This document shows positions 31,412 through 41,501 of a stretch of 64,000 nt of DNA, in pieces. The translations under genes were made by a program, and so were the position numbers. Under the pieces are notes generated by a model. It searched no databases and was not told the DNA's origin. It saw nothing but the letters and a program-made list of their open reading frames with translations. Source of the DNA: a bacterium (GTDB lineage: Bacteria; Zhuqueibacterota; Zhuqueibacteria; Residuimicrobiales; Krinioviventaceae); the NCBI GenBank assembly GCA_029561455.1, contig JAKQIY010000047.1, positions 332 to 64,331 on the forward strand, given 5' to 3'. How positions within the stretch are numbered: position 1 is the stretch's first letter; each line of letters starts with the position of its first letter.

Positions 31412-32062
31412 ATGATGATTAGACAAAACCCCAAAGTCAGTCTCAAGTATAAATATAAAAAGAATATGGAACTTGGACTGATAATCACCCTGTTTTTATT
31501 GATTCTGATTTTTCAGGGCTGGAAAAAGTTTGAAAGTGAAACCAAAAAGCAGGAGCGGGTTAATATTACTATAGAAGTACAGGAAATCCCGCAAACTGAG
31601 CAGGAAAAAAAGCCGCCAGCCCCTACACGTCCGGCTATACCGATTGAAAGCGAAAGCGATGATATCGATGAAGATGAAACAATCGAGACCACAGAAATAA
31701 ACCTGGACGAGTTGCCGACTCCTCCTCCACCCCCGGAAGAAGACGTCGATGATGAATCTGCAATCTTTGTAGCTTATGATGAAGCCCCGGAACCCATTGG
31801 TGGATTTGCGGCTATCCAGCGTAATCTGGTTTATCCTGAAATTGCCCGCAAAGCCGGCGTTGAAGGTAAAGTGGTTGTTAACTGCCTCGTAGATGAAAAA
31901 GGTAATGTTGTTAAAACTACTATTTTGAAATCTCTGGGCAATAACGGTTGTGATGAAGCGGCTGTTGCTGCGATCAAATCCGTTAAATGGAAACCCGCCA
32001 AACAACGCGATAAATCGGTTAAAGTTTGGATCGGTATTCCTGTGGTATTCAAGTTGAAGTAA
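31412..32062 (+). CDS. tonB: TonB energy transducer (Pro-rich linker, TonB_C domain)
   Basis: An N-terminal TM segment is followed by 'PTPPPPPEE' and a C-terminal 'GVEGKVVVNCLVDEKGNV'. Confidence 0.7.
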   Translation: MMIRQNPKVSLKYKYKKNMELGLIITLFLLILIFQGWKKFESETKKQERVNITIEVQEIPQTEQEKKPPAPTRPAIPIESESDDIDEDETIETTEINLDELPTPPPPPEEDVDDESAIFVAYDEAPEPIGGFAAIQRNLVYPEIARKAGVEGKVVVNCLVDEKGNVVKTTILKSLGNNGCDEAAVAAIKSVKWKPAKQRDKSVKVWIGIPVVFKLK

Positions 32063-32173
32063 GCAGTATTACTTAAAAAAACGAATTTCAATATTTTTTA
32101 TTGATTGGATAAAAGTTCGTTTTAAGACTACTGGAATATATGATATAGTGTTTATTAGTAATAGCAGTAATTA

Positions 32174-32204
32174 GAGAGCCGGTTTTAAAACCGGCTCTTT
32201 TGTC
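32174..32204 (+). terminator. Rho-independent terminator after tonB copy 1
   Basis: Hairpin 'gagagccggtttt-aa-aaccggctct' followed by 'tttgt'. Confidence 0.6.
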
Positions 32205-32360
32205 AGTCCCTTTTAACGAGTAATCATGCGGACTGATAGCCAGGTAAAAGTGGAACACAATTTAATAGTAATCCATATAGAAACAAGGCAGATTAAGAAG
32301 CACTATTAAATATCTATATTCAACATTCAACAAGAATCTCTTTTGCGGGAGGGCACTACC

Positions 32361-33008
32361 ATGAGAAAGAAACAAATCTCCACTGTCAGTCTCAAGAATA
32401 AATATAGCAAAAATATTGAACTTGGACTGTTGTTAACTTTGTTTTTGTTAATTGTAGTATTTCAGGGGTGGAAAAGGTTTGATACCGTAGTTAAAGAACA
32501 GCCGCCTGTAAAATTTACTTTTACAGTAACAGATGTATTACAAACCGAACAGAAAAGAACCCTGCCTGCGCCAAGTCGTCCATCTATCCCAATCGAGAGC
32601 GAAAATGAAGATATTGATGATGATGAAACTATTGAATCTTCAGAAATTAATATTACCGATATATTAACTCCTCCTCCGCCCCCGGCTGATGATGTTACCG
32701 AGTCAGTTCCTTTTATATCTTTTGATGAACCTCCGATGCCAATAGGCGGTTATGCTGCATTCCAGCGAAATTTAATTTACCCGGAAATTGCCCGCAAAGC
32801 CGGAGTTGAAGGTAAAGTTTATGTAAACTGCCTTATTGATGAAAAAGGTAACGTTGTTCAAACAGTTATTATAAAATCTTTGGGCAATAATGGATGCGAT
32901 GAAGCGGCTATTGCTGCGATCAAATCCGTCAAGTGGATCCCGGCCAAACAGCGTGATAAAGCGGTCAAAGTATGGATTAGCATCCCTGTGGCATTTAAAC
33001 TGAAATAA
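32361..33008 (+). CDS. tonB: TonB paralog 2
   Basis: The ATG at 32361 follows a 'gggaggg' ribosome-binding site. The architecture matches the upstream copy, with 'PPPPPADD' and 'GVEGKVYVNCLIDEKGNV'. Confidence 0.7.
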   Translation: MRKKQISTVSLKNKYSKNIELGLLLTLFLLIVVFQGWKRFDTVVKEQPPVKFTFTVTDVLQTEQKRTLPAPSRPSIPIESENEDIDDDETIESSEINITDILTPPPPPADDVTESVPFISFDEPPMPIGGYAAFQRNLIYPEIARKAGVEGKVYVNCLIDEKGNVVQTVIIKSLGNNGCDEAAIAAIKSVKWIPAKQRDKAVKVWISIPVAFKLK

Positions 33009-33083
33009 GCAGATAATGCAAATTATCTGGTTTATTGAATTGTAATAACAGACCAGATTTTTTGTAACAATTTTCACTATTGA

Positions 33084-33110
33084 AAAGCCGGTTTATTAAC
33101 CGGCTTTTTT
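33084..33110 (+). terminator. Rho-independent terminator after tonB copy 2
   Basis: Hairpin 'aaagccggttta-tt-aaccggcttt' followed by 'ttttaatttt'. Confidence 0.6.
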
Positions 33111-33298
33111 AATTTTAGGCCTGCCCTATAAACTAATCAAAAACGGGCTCTCTATATTTCAGCTTTTTCATATTTTAACACTCCATACCCAAAAAATCAT
33201 ATTGATATGAAAAAAATATTTATTATTTTACAAGTTGTGATAATTACCGATTTTATTCTATAAAGTTTTACTATATGTCCTTGACCTTATTTTAAACA

Positions 33299-33859
33299 AT
33301 GATCCGGTATACAATAAAAAACATAAATCTGCTTCCTGGCAAAAAGCTCCGGTTGTTGATTGTCCTTTCTATCCTCTGCATGACGATTTTTACCTTTTGT
33401 TATAATCCTTTTGCACCGAAACTGGAACACTCCAACGGGCAAGGGCTGGTTATAACCGAACAAAAAAGTCCGGATGAAGTTTTACAGAATTTTATTTATG
33501 CCTATACCTTTAAAGATTCGCTGGTTTATGCCGGGTTGCTGGACAGCTCTTTTGTATTTGTCTATTTTGATCCTAACCTGGGCAGTTCCGGTCGGTTCGT
33601 CTCCTGGGGCCGGGATGTGGACCTGAAAACTACCGGCAGGTTATTCAAGAATTTTGATACGATAACATTAATCTGGAACACAACTATATATCAAATAGAG
33701 AATGAGACTGAAGCGGAATACTCCAAGACTCTGCAATTAAATATGTTTGGCGCTTCGGGTGATTTCAGTCTCAATGGGAATGCCATTTTTAATTTCAAGC
33801 TAAGCAGTTATGATAAAAAATGGCGCATTACCCGCTGGAAAGATGAATCAACCATGTAA
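33299..33859 (+). CDS. Hypothetical exported protein
   Basis: 186-aa ORF with an N-terminal hydrophobic segment. No motif was recognised. Confidence 0.35.
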   Translation: MIRYTIKNINLLPGKKLRLLIVLSILCMTIFTFCYNPFAPKLEHSNGQGLVITEQKSPDEVLQNFIYAYTFKDSLVYAGLLDSSFVFVYFDPNLGSSGRFVSWGRDVDLKTTGRLFKNFDTITLIWNTTIYQIENETEAEYSKTLQLNMFGASGDFSLNGNAIFNFKLSSYDKKWRITRWKDESTM

Positions 33860-33936
33860 GGTTTTGCATCAAACAAGTGTAATATAACTTTTACACAGGT
33901 TTGTAAGGTATGCAAAACATTAAGGATGAGGATACT

Positions 33937-35739
33937 ATGAAACGAACAATAATATTTTTTCTATTTTTTACTTTTGTTATAGTAACAGGCGGTTATTCTC
34001 AATTTGACAAACCAAATATTTTAACGGTTCAGGCATATAATTCACACGATCAGGTATTGCCCGGCGGCAGTTTTAATATAGCCATTGTTGTGCAAATTGC
34101 CCCGGAATACCATATTAATTCCAATACACCTACAAATGAATTTTATATTCCGACTGTAACCAGTTTGGATTCTGTAACCGGCTTGTCTTTTGCAGCGCCG
34201 ATATATCCGGAACCCGCTCTGGTCAAATTCGCCTTTTCCGAAGATAAAGTATCCGTCTTTGCCGGGCAGGTTGTGATCCGTGTGCCGGTTACGGCAGCGC
34301 CGGATATTACTGAAAAGGATTTGATTATTACCGGTTCACTTGCTTACCAGGGTTGTAATGATGTAGTTTGTTTTGCTCCGGCAGAGCAGACTTTTAGCCT
34401 GCAACTACCGGTTGCGCCGGCGGGAACAAATGTGGCGGCTGTCAATTCGGAGTATTTCCCGTCGGCCGGTTCCGAATCCGGATCGACCGCAGCGGCTGAA
34501 ACCCTGACAGCCGATGAGAACAAAGCCCGTGAAATTCTGGACAAGGGGATTTTTTATGCCCTGGCCGCTTTTTTCCTGGTCGGCCTGGCCCTGAACCTCA
34601 CTCCCTGTGTGTACCCGGTCATCCCGTTGACCGTCAGTTTCTTTAGCGCGCAGGGTAATAAAACCAAACGCAAAGTATTTGTGTCTGCTTTGTTTTACCT
34701 GCTGGGTATTGCGGTTGCTTTTGCCCTGCTGGGGCTCATCTCCGGTTTGGCGGGTAAGCAGTGGGGATTCTTGTTCACCAGTCCCTGGTTTGTTGTGGTT
34801 ATTGCTTTGATCATATTGGCTATGGCTGCCAGTCTGTTCGGCGCTTTTGAGATCACTGTGCCCTCGTGGCTGCTGACCGGCGCGGGCAAGAGCCGGCAGG
34901 GAGTAATCGGCGCCCTGGTGATGGGGTTAACCGTGGGTGTGGTCATTGCGCCCTGCGCAGCCGGGATTCTCATTGGCCTGGTAGGTTTAATTGCCAAGAC
35001 CGGCCTGGTGTTTAAAGGGACTTTATTGTTTTTCGTTATGGGTTTGGGTTTGGGATTGCCTTATTTGATCCTGGCAACCTTTTCCGGGCTGCTGCAAAAG
35101 CTACCCCAGTCCGGCATGTGGATGGTGTGGATACGCAAATTTTTTGCCGTGCTGTTGGTTGGCGTGGCTTTGTATTTTATTGTGCCGCAGCTTGACCGGA
35201 TCTATGACAAGTTTGCGTTTTTGACCGGAATTTTGGGAGTATTTGGCGGTTTGTTGCTCGGCTTCCTGGATCATGCTCCCGGGTATACAAAAGGATTCAA
35301 ACTGATCCGGGCGCTGGTTGGTATTGTCATCATGTTGTTGGGATTATACTGGATTAACAGCGCCATAAATTCCAAACCTTCGGCAATTGACTGGATAAAA
35401 TTTAATAATCACACAGTAGAGAGCCTGGTTGATAATGAAAAGCCGGTTTTTATTGATTTTTATGCGGACTGGTGCGCTCCCTGTAAACAACTCGACCGCG
35501 ACACTTTTAGCGATGACCGGGTGGTTGAAAAAGCGCGGCAATTCCACATGCTCAAAGTGGACTGCACCAAACCGGACGAGTTAACTAGTAAATTTATGGA
35601 AACTTTTCAGGTAACCGGAATGCCGACCCTGGTATTTTTATCCAAATCCGGTGTGGTGCAACAAGAGCTACGTGAAATCGGTTTTATCGGGCCGCAAGAG
35701 TTTTTATCCAGTATGGATAAAGCGCTGGCTGCCGAGTAA
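33937..35739 (+). CDS. dsbD: Thiol:disulfide interchange protein DsbD
   Basis: An N-terminal periplasmic domain is followed by a TM core with 'CVYPVIP'. The C-terminal thioredoxin domain carries 'WCAPC'. Confidence 0.8.
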   Translation: MKRTIIFFLFFTFVIVTGGYSQFDKPNILTVQAYNSHDQVLPGGSFNIAIVVQIAPEYHINSNTPTNEFYIPTVTSLDSVTGLSFAAPIYPEPALVKFAFSEDKVSVFAGQVVIRVPVTAAPDITEKDLIITGSLAYQGCNDVVCFAPAEQTFSLQLPVAPAGTNVAAVNSEYFPSAGSESGSTAAAETLTADENKAREILDKGIFYALAAFFLVGLALNLTPCVYPVIPLTVSFFSAQGNKTKRKVFVSALFYLLGIAVAFALLGLISGLAGKQWGFLFTSPWFVVVIALIILAMAASLFGAFEITVPSWLLTGAGKSRQGVIGALVMGLTVGVVIAPCAAGILIGLVGLIAKTGLVFKGTLLFFVMGLGLGLPYLILATFSGLLQKLPQSGMWMVWIRKFFAVLLVGVALYFIVPQLDRIYDKFAFLTGILGVFGGLLLGFLDHAPGYTKGFKLIRALVGIVIMLLGLYWINSAINSKPSAIDWIKFNNHTVESLVDNEKPVFIDFYADWCAPCKQLDRDTFSDDRVVEKARQFHMLKVDCTKPDELTSKFMETFQVTGMPTLVFLSKSGVVQQELREIGFIGPQEFLSSMDKALAAE

Positions 35740-35794
35740 TTGCTCTGGTGATATTGAAAATATAATGTATGGATGATCTAGAATAAAGGACGTT

Positions 35795-37567
35795 GTGTTG
35801 AAAAGATTAGTTGCGGCGAGTTTGGTGTTATTGTTTTTTGGCATGGGCTATTCACAAGAAGCTGTACAGGTTTCCGATTCACTGCTCACGCTGGCAGTAA
35901 CATTTCCGGCGTTGCAGGATACAGTACCGTTCTCCAAAGTACGGGTTACCGGCGTTGCCACTAATGCTGCGCAGGTATCTGTAAATAAAAAAAATGTACG
36001 GTTATTTCCCAACGGCGCCTTTGTTACCCGTGTGGATTTAGAACCCGGCATGAACAGCATATCTGTAAAAGCAGCCAATGGCAGCAGCTCGACCAGCCAG
36101 GAACTGGTGGTTTTTCGTCCCCCGACGCCTGAAAATTTACCGGCGCAGCCCACGGTAATCGACACGATGCTGATCGAACCATCGCAAAATGTTATGCTGA
36201 TCTATGGCGATTATGTTAACGTCAAATGTAAAGGCAGCCCCGGCGGACAGATGATCTTTTCTATCGACAAGGTTGCTAAAGAATTACCGATGGTGGAATT
36301 GCCCCCGGCCCAGGCGGATGGACTGGTTGGGGTTTATAATGGAGTTGTCAGAGTTAACGAAGGCCCGCTCAACAAACCCCTGCAAATAAAGTTTGAATTA
36401 AAAGGCGAGGATGGTAAAAAGGAAGAAGCAATTGCGCCGGGGCATGTTTATATCATGCCGAATGATGTGCCGGTAGTTGGCAAAATCAATAAAGAAACCT
36501 CGCTTTACAGCGCCGCGAATGGTGCGCAGCCGTTCACCAAAATTCAGGATCCCGTCATGGTGCATATTACCGGCAAAACCGGCAATTTTTTTCAGATCCG
36601 GTTGGCGTCGTCTTTAATATGTTATGCAGAAGACAAGGATATTGATTTGCAGCCCTGGGGAACGCCGCTTCCCCGCACCGGGATTGCTGCGCCGGTTATT
36701 TATACCGATAACGACTGGTATCGTTTGCACATGCGGCTGCAACAACCGGTGCCATTTACCGTCGAGCAAACCCTGGAGCCCGCCAGTTTAACCGTTACTT
36801 TTTACGGCGCCGACCTGACATCGAACTGGATCACTTTTCCCAATGTTCCTACCGATATCAAGCAAATCGGTTTTTCCCAGCCGGAAAGCCGGGTTTTAAA
36901 AGTAAAAATTGATCTGAGTTTAAAACAATTCTGGGGTTACCGGGCCTATTATGATGAACAGGGATTTCAGTTAAAGATCCGCAAAGCGCCGCGTTGGAAC
37001 GGGAATGTGTTTAATGGAATGATCATTGCCATCGATGCCGGTCATGGCGGCGATAATGAAGGCGCCATCAGTCCCACCGGAGTATTGGAAAAACAGGTAA
37101 ATATGGACTGGGCGCTGATGCTGGCCGATTCGCTGCGGGCGGCAGGCGCAGTGGTACTGCTGACGCGCTCTACTGATGAAAATATCAGCCTTGCCGACCG
37201 TGTGCAGATCGCCCGCTCGGCAAACGCCAATTTTCTCATTTCCCTGCATAACAATTCAACCACAGCCGGCGGCGACGCCCTGGCGGCGCGCGGCGCCAGC
37301 ACTTATTTTACACTGCCGCAAAACCGCGACCTGGCCTGGGCAATTTATCCACATTTGTTGAAACTTGGTCTGGCTCCTTACGGGCGAATCTACAATTCTT
37401 ACTTTATAACCCGCACCACCGATATGCTGGTGGTGTTGATCGAAGGCGGTTTCTTATCGCACCCGGAAGAGGAATTACTGCTGACCGATAGCGCCTTTAT
37501 GGGTAAAATGGCGGCCGCTGTTGTTAACGGCATCCGCGATTTTTTACAAAACCAGCAAAAGAAATAG
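35795..37567 (+). CDS. N-acetylmuramoyl-L-alanine amidase (Amidase_3, AmiC-like)
   Basis: A GTG start follows an AAAGGA ribosome-binding site. The catalytic domain carries 'IIAIDAGHGGDNEGA'. The N-terminal domains are non-catalytic. Confidence 0.7.
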   Translation: MLKRLVAASLVLLFFGMGYSQEAVQVSDSLLTLAVTFPALQDTVPFSKVRVTGVATNAAQVSVNKKNVRLFPNGAFVTRVDLEPGMNSISVKAANGSSSTSQELVVFRPPTPENLPAQPTVIDTMLIEPSQNVMLIYGDYVNVKCKGSPGGQMIFSIDKVAKELPMVELPPAQADGLVGVYNGVVRVNEGPLNKPLQIKFELKGEDGKKEEAIAPGHVYIMPNDVPVVGKINKETSLYSAANGAQPFTKIQDPVMVHITGKTGNFFQIRLASSLICYAEDKDIDLQPWGTPLPRTGIAAPVIYTDNDWYRLHMRLQQPVPFTVEQTLEPASLTVTFYGADLTSNWITFPNVPTDIKQIGFSQPESRVLKVKIDLSLKQFWGYRAYYDEQGFQLKIRKAPRWNGNVFNGMIIAIDAGHGGDNEGAISPTGVLEKQVNMDWALMLADSLRAAGAVVLLTRSTDENISLADRVQIARSANANFLISLHNNSTTAGGDALAARGASTYFTLPQNRDLAWAIYPHLLKLGLAPYGRIYNSYFITRTTDMLVVLIEGGFLSHPEEELLLTDSAFMGKMAAAVVNGIRDFLQNQQKK

Positions 37568-37570
37568 TCG

Positions 37571-38347
37571 CTACGCTATAACAATAGTGCGCGCAGGTTG
37601 TTTTTCCTTGCCGACGCCCAGTTTGGTTTCCAGGCAGTTGATCACAATCAGAGCCGCAGACTGGGGCGTGAGATGCTGCATATTCAACACCAGGTCGTAA
37701 GCCGTGTGATCATTAGCGCTGCGGTGAAAATAGCGCTGCACAAAGGCAAAGCGGTTACTGTCGACCAGCGACACCACTTTTTTAGCTTCTTTTACCGGCA
37801 GTTCCCGCGCATGGGCAATCTTTTCCACCCGGTAGTCCAGCGGCGCGGTGATCATAATGCGTAACGAATGTTTGGGGTCGACAATAAAATTGGCGCCCCT
37901 GCCGATGATGATCGCCCGGCCTTGTTCGGCAATGGCCTCGATCACGGCATGCAGGAGGTGAAAATATTTGTCGATACCGAGAGCGTCTTTATCCAGCATG
38001 GTTTGCAAAAAGTTGTGCGTCTGGTTTTGTTTACGCTCGTCAAACGGCGCGACGATGCGGTTGCGAAGCTGGCCCGATTGGGCAATATATTCGACAAGCT
38101 CTTTATCATAGATCTGCCAATGTAACATTTCCGCTATTTTTTCCGCCACATCATCCCCGCCGGCGCCATGCGTCCGCGAAATGGTAATAATCGCGTGGTC
38201 AAGGGAATCGGCGCCGCCGGCCTTTTGCTGCCGTTTTTGAATTTGTTGTTTCACTTCCCAAATAGCAACCTGGCCTTTGATCAGCCGGTTCCAGTTGAGT
38301 TGTTCATTATGGTTAGCAGGCATGGCAACCTCCTCTGTTTGGTTCAT
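37571..38347 (-). CDS. Cytidylate-kinase-like family (AAA/P-loop) protein
   Basis: 'ITISRTHGAGGDDVAEKIAEML' is a degenerate P-loop of the Cytidylate_kin2 type. Confidence 0.5.
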   Translation of the reverse strand: MNQTEEVAMPANHNEQLNWNRLIKGQVAIWEVKQQIQKRQQKAGGADSLDHAIITISRTHGAGGDDVAEKIAEMLHWQIYDKELVEYIAQSGQLRNRIVAPFDERKQNQTHNFLQTMLDKDALGIDKYFHLLHAVIEAIAEQGRAIIIGRGANFIVDPKHSLRIMITAPLDYRVEKIAHARELPVKEAKKVVSLVDSNRFAFVQRYFHRSANDHTAYDLVLNMQHLTPQSAALIVINCLETKLGVGKEKQPARTIVIA

Positions 38348-38559
38348 ATTGGATTTAATTGCCAGTCCATAGTGCAGGGGAACGGGAGAAGAATGTCTGT
38401 CGAATGAAAGCCCGCTTGTTGTTCGGGCTCTATTTGAAGTATATTAAAGTAAAGTCATTTTGTCAATAGAAAAATTGCTTTTTTTGAATATAATTATGCA
38501 AATACCTGTCAATAATTTAACGCCGATGATAATGGAAGGGTTTCATGGGGTAAAGTTAA

Positions 38560-39200
38560 AATTTACCGTATGAAAACAAGACGATCTTATATTCCCGGCT
38601 GGGTGCCCCGGAACCAGGGTGAATCCCTATGAATGAGCTGGAAAAACAATTTTTGTAGGGGCGAAGCATCTGTTCCGGACTTACTTTTCATGTCAACTGA
38701 TCCCGGTAAAGATGCTTCGCCCGGATGAATAACAATCCCGGTCCGCATTAAAGTCTATCCCACCTCTCCGCAAATACAGCATAAACCCGGACAGGTTCGG
38801 TGTCAAAGTGCTTTCTTTATAGAAACCCTGTGCCCCAGGTGGACTCCACTGAAATGCTGCCGGGCCGCTTTTCGCTCATCTCGTTACGTCCCGGAAGGTA
38901 AAGCAAAGGGACTAGTCGATGACCGTAATATATTTTAGAAAAACCGGTCGTCGAGTAGGGCCGTACATGGTCTTGAGTGACGAACTACACCAGGTATATA
39001 GCAGCATTACAGCAGATGCAGATTCGGCCCGTATCGAGACGACATTTTCTGACCCGAGTACATTAAAGTCTAGCCCACCTCGCCGCAAATACAACACAAG
39101 CATGGACAAGTTCGAAGTCATAGTACCTTCTTTATAGCAATCTTGTACCCCAGGTGGACAAAACTGAAATGGTGCCGGATCGCAGAGCAGAACGGCCAAG
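38560..39200. repeat. Two degenerate copies of the 14.6-kb repeat family (dispersed copy)
   Basis: The blocks '...cctc(g/t)ccgcaaatac...ggacaggttcgg...ctttatag(a/c)a...ccccaggtggac...cactgaaatg(c/g)tgccgg' are shared with the units at 14.57-16.14 kb. A perfect 13-bp hairpin 'gggcgaagcatct...agatgcttcgccc' is present. Confidence 0.75.
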
Positions 39201-39326
39201 ATCAGGATGAAATTTTATTTCCCCTTTCCCGAAATGTTGTGATTTGCACATTGTTTTTTTTTAAATAAAACACTATCTTTATAATTATTTTCCTACATGA
39301 GTATTTACCAATAATGCAGGCATGTT

Positions 39327-40757
39327 ATGGAAAGAAAGAAAAAACGGCTGGCTAATGTTCCTGAGGATTTGCAGGACTATAAAAGCAAAGCCAAACTGTG
39401 GTTCGGCGGCCTGTTTGCGCCGGATCGTGAAATATATATTGCCAGGGCGCCGGCCCGCCTGGATGTGATGGGCGGTATTGCCGATTACTGCGGTGCAGTA
39501 GCGCTGCAGGGTGTTTTAAAGCAAGCCGCTGTGGTAGGCATACAGCTGCGCCGCGACCGCCGCTTGCTGGTCAAATCCGTTGGCATCGAAAATGACGGCT
39601 TTCGCTCGATTGCCGATTATGACCTTGACCGGTTTTATGACACTGGCGCGGTGAAATCTTTTGCAAACATTCGCCAGGATTTACTCAAAGACCCCTCGAC
39701 CCTGTGGATGGCATACGTACTCGGCGCATACCCGGTACTGCTGCATGAAAAAATTGCCGGACAATTCGGCAACGGCGCGACGATTTGTATTAAAAGCAAC
39801 ATACCGGTACAAGCCGGTCTCGGCGCTTCTTCCGCCCTGGTTATGGCTACTCTATTGGCCATGAAACAGGCGTATAGCCTGGCGCCGGATGCATTTCAAC
39901 TGGCAAAATGCTGCCAGCAAGTGGAGCAGCAAATAATCGGCGTTCCCGGCGGTATTGTTGCGCCGCTCACTTCGGCTATGGGCAAAAACGGCAAGCTGCT
40001 GGTCATTCGCTGCCAGCCCCATGAATTATTGAAAATGATCACGTTACCGGCGGATATTCAGTTTATCGGCATCAACTCCCGCATCAAACCTGCGAATGAT
40101 CATAACCATTATATCGATTCCCGTACGGCTGCACTTTTAGGTAGAAAAATACTTATTGCCCGGTTGCAGGAACAGGGAGTCGCCAATCCTTTTAACGGGT
40201 ATCTTTGCAACCTGGCGGCGGAACATTGGCAGGAGCGCTATCAAAACCTGCTGCCGGAACAAATGACCGGACGCAAATTTCTGGATCAGTATGCCGGGCA
40301 CGATGATGAAATGACGGAGATCGAACTTAAAAAAACGTATCATGTACAAAATTGCGCCGCTTTCCCGGTATATGAAAATGCCCGGGTACAAAAATTCATC
40401 AAAAAGCTGGAAACCTATACGCAGACCGGCAACCGCACCATCCTGGCAGAAGCCGGAGAGTTGATGTACGAATCCCATGCCGCTTACAGCGAGCTTGTTA
40501 ACCTGGGAACCAACGAGACGGATATTCTGGTCTCGCTGGTTAAAAAACTGGGGCCGGAGAACGGGTTATATGGCGCCAGGGTATCCGGCAATGGCGGCGG
40601 CGGCACTGTTGTCGTGCTCACCGCCAAAAATAATGAAGATACGATCAGAAATATTACTTCGCAGTATTATGACCAAACCGGGTTCAAGCCGGATATTTTT
40701 ACGGAATCGTCACCCGGCGGGTTGGAACTTGGCGCCGAAACGATCAAATTTACCTAG
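39327..40757 (+). CDS. GHMP-family sugar kinase (galacto-/fucokinase-like)
   Basis: 'LDVMGGIADY' at the N-terminus, the 'GLGASSALVMATLLAM' phosphate-binding loop, and a C-terminal 'GARVSGNGGGG' are present. Confidence 0.65.
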   Translation: MERKKKRLANVPEDLQDYKSKAKLWFGGLFAPDREIYIARAPARLDVMGGIADYCGAVALQGVLKQAAVVGIQLRRDRRLLVKSVGIENDGFRSIADYDLDRFYDTGAVKSFANIRQDLLKDPSTLWMAYVLGAYPVLLHEKIAGQFGNGATICIKSNIPVQAGLGASSALVMATLLAMKQAYSLAPDAFQLAKCCQQVEQQIIGVPGGIVAPLTSAMGKNGKLLVIRCQPHELLKMITLPADIQFIGINSRIKPANDHNHYIDSRTAALLGRKILIARLQEQGVANPFNGYLCNLAAEHWQERYQNLLPEQMTGRKFLDQYAGHDDEMTEIELKKTYHVQNCAAFPVYENARVQKFIKKLETYTQTGNRTILAEAGELMYESHAAYSELVNLGTNETDILVSLVKKLGPENGLYGARVSGNGGGGTVVVLTAKNNEDTIRNITSQYYDQTGFKPDIFTESSPGGLELGAETIKFT

Positions 40758-40865
40758 TGGACTGCGGTTGAACAGTATATAAATTCGCACGAGTGACAGT
40801 AATTAAACGGGAGACCGTGTCATGGTCTCTCAATTCAGATAATCATCATTTAAAAAGGGCAGTCA

Positions 40866-41501
40866 ATGCTTAGCATAATCCTTGTTATTGCGCTCAGTTA
40901 CCTGGTTGGCTCCATTCCCACCAGTATCATTACCGGGAAAATTTTAAAAGGCATAGATATACGCCAACACGGCAGCGGTAACGCCGGGGCGACCAATGTA
41001 TTTCGCGTATTGGGCTGGAAGCCGGGTGTTTTTGTGATGTTGTTTGATATATTTAAAGGATTTGCCGCAACCTGGTGGATAGCGCGCATCGCGGTCGGGC
41101 CTGTTCCGGTGAATACCGGAATTATGATGCTCATCGCCGGATGCGCTGCCATTTTCGGGCACATCTGGACGGTGTTTGCCGGCTTTAAAGGCGGCAAAGG
41201 CGTCGGCACTGCCGCCGGTATGATCATTGCCCTGTATCCTTTAACACTGCTTATTTATTTGGGTGTATTTATCATTGTGTTCCTGGCTACCCGCATCGTC
41301 TCCCTCAGTTCTATTACCGCGGCTATTTCTTTGCCGATTGTGTTGACGATTTTTCGTTATGTGGTAAAGATTCCCGTGTCGCTGCCGGTATATATATTTG
41401 GTTTTTTTGCTTCCGCGCTGATCATTTATACCCATCGTTCCAATATTAAACGGCTGATAAACGGCACGGAAAACCGCTTTGGCAAGAAAAAAACCGCCTG
41501 A
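40866..41501 (+). CDS. plsY: Glycerol-3-phosphate acyltransferase PlsY
   Basis: 'GSIPTSII' and 'GSGNAGATNVFRVLG' are present. Confidence 0.85.
   Translation: MLSIILVIALSYLVGSIPTSIITGKILKGIDIRQHGSGNAGATNVFRVLGWKPGVFVMLFDIFKGFAATWWIARIAVGPVPVNTGIMMLIAGCAAIFGHIWTVFAGFKGGKGVGTAAGMIIALYPLTLLIYLGVFIIVFLATRIVSLSSITAAISLPIVLTIFRYVVKIPVSLPVYIFGFFASALIIYTHRSNIKRLINGTENRFGKKKTA

Noticed and set aside
40800-40835. Hairpin 'gagacc-gtgtcat-ggtctc' after the GHMP kinase gene as a terminator
   Set aside because: It is not followed by a U-tract ('tcaattcagat'). It was left unannotated as a terminator, though it may still be a processing or attenuation structure.
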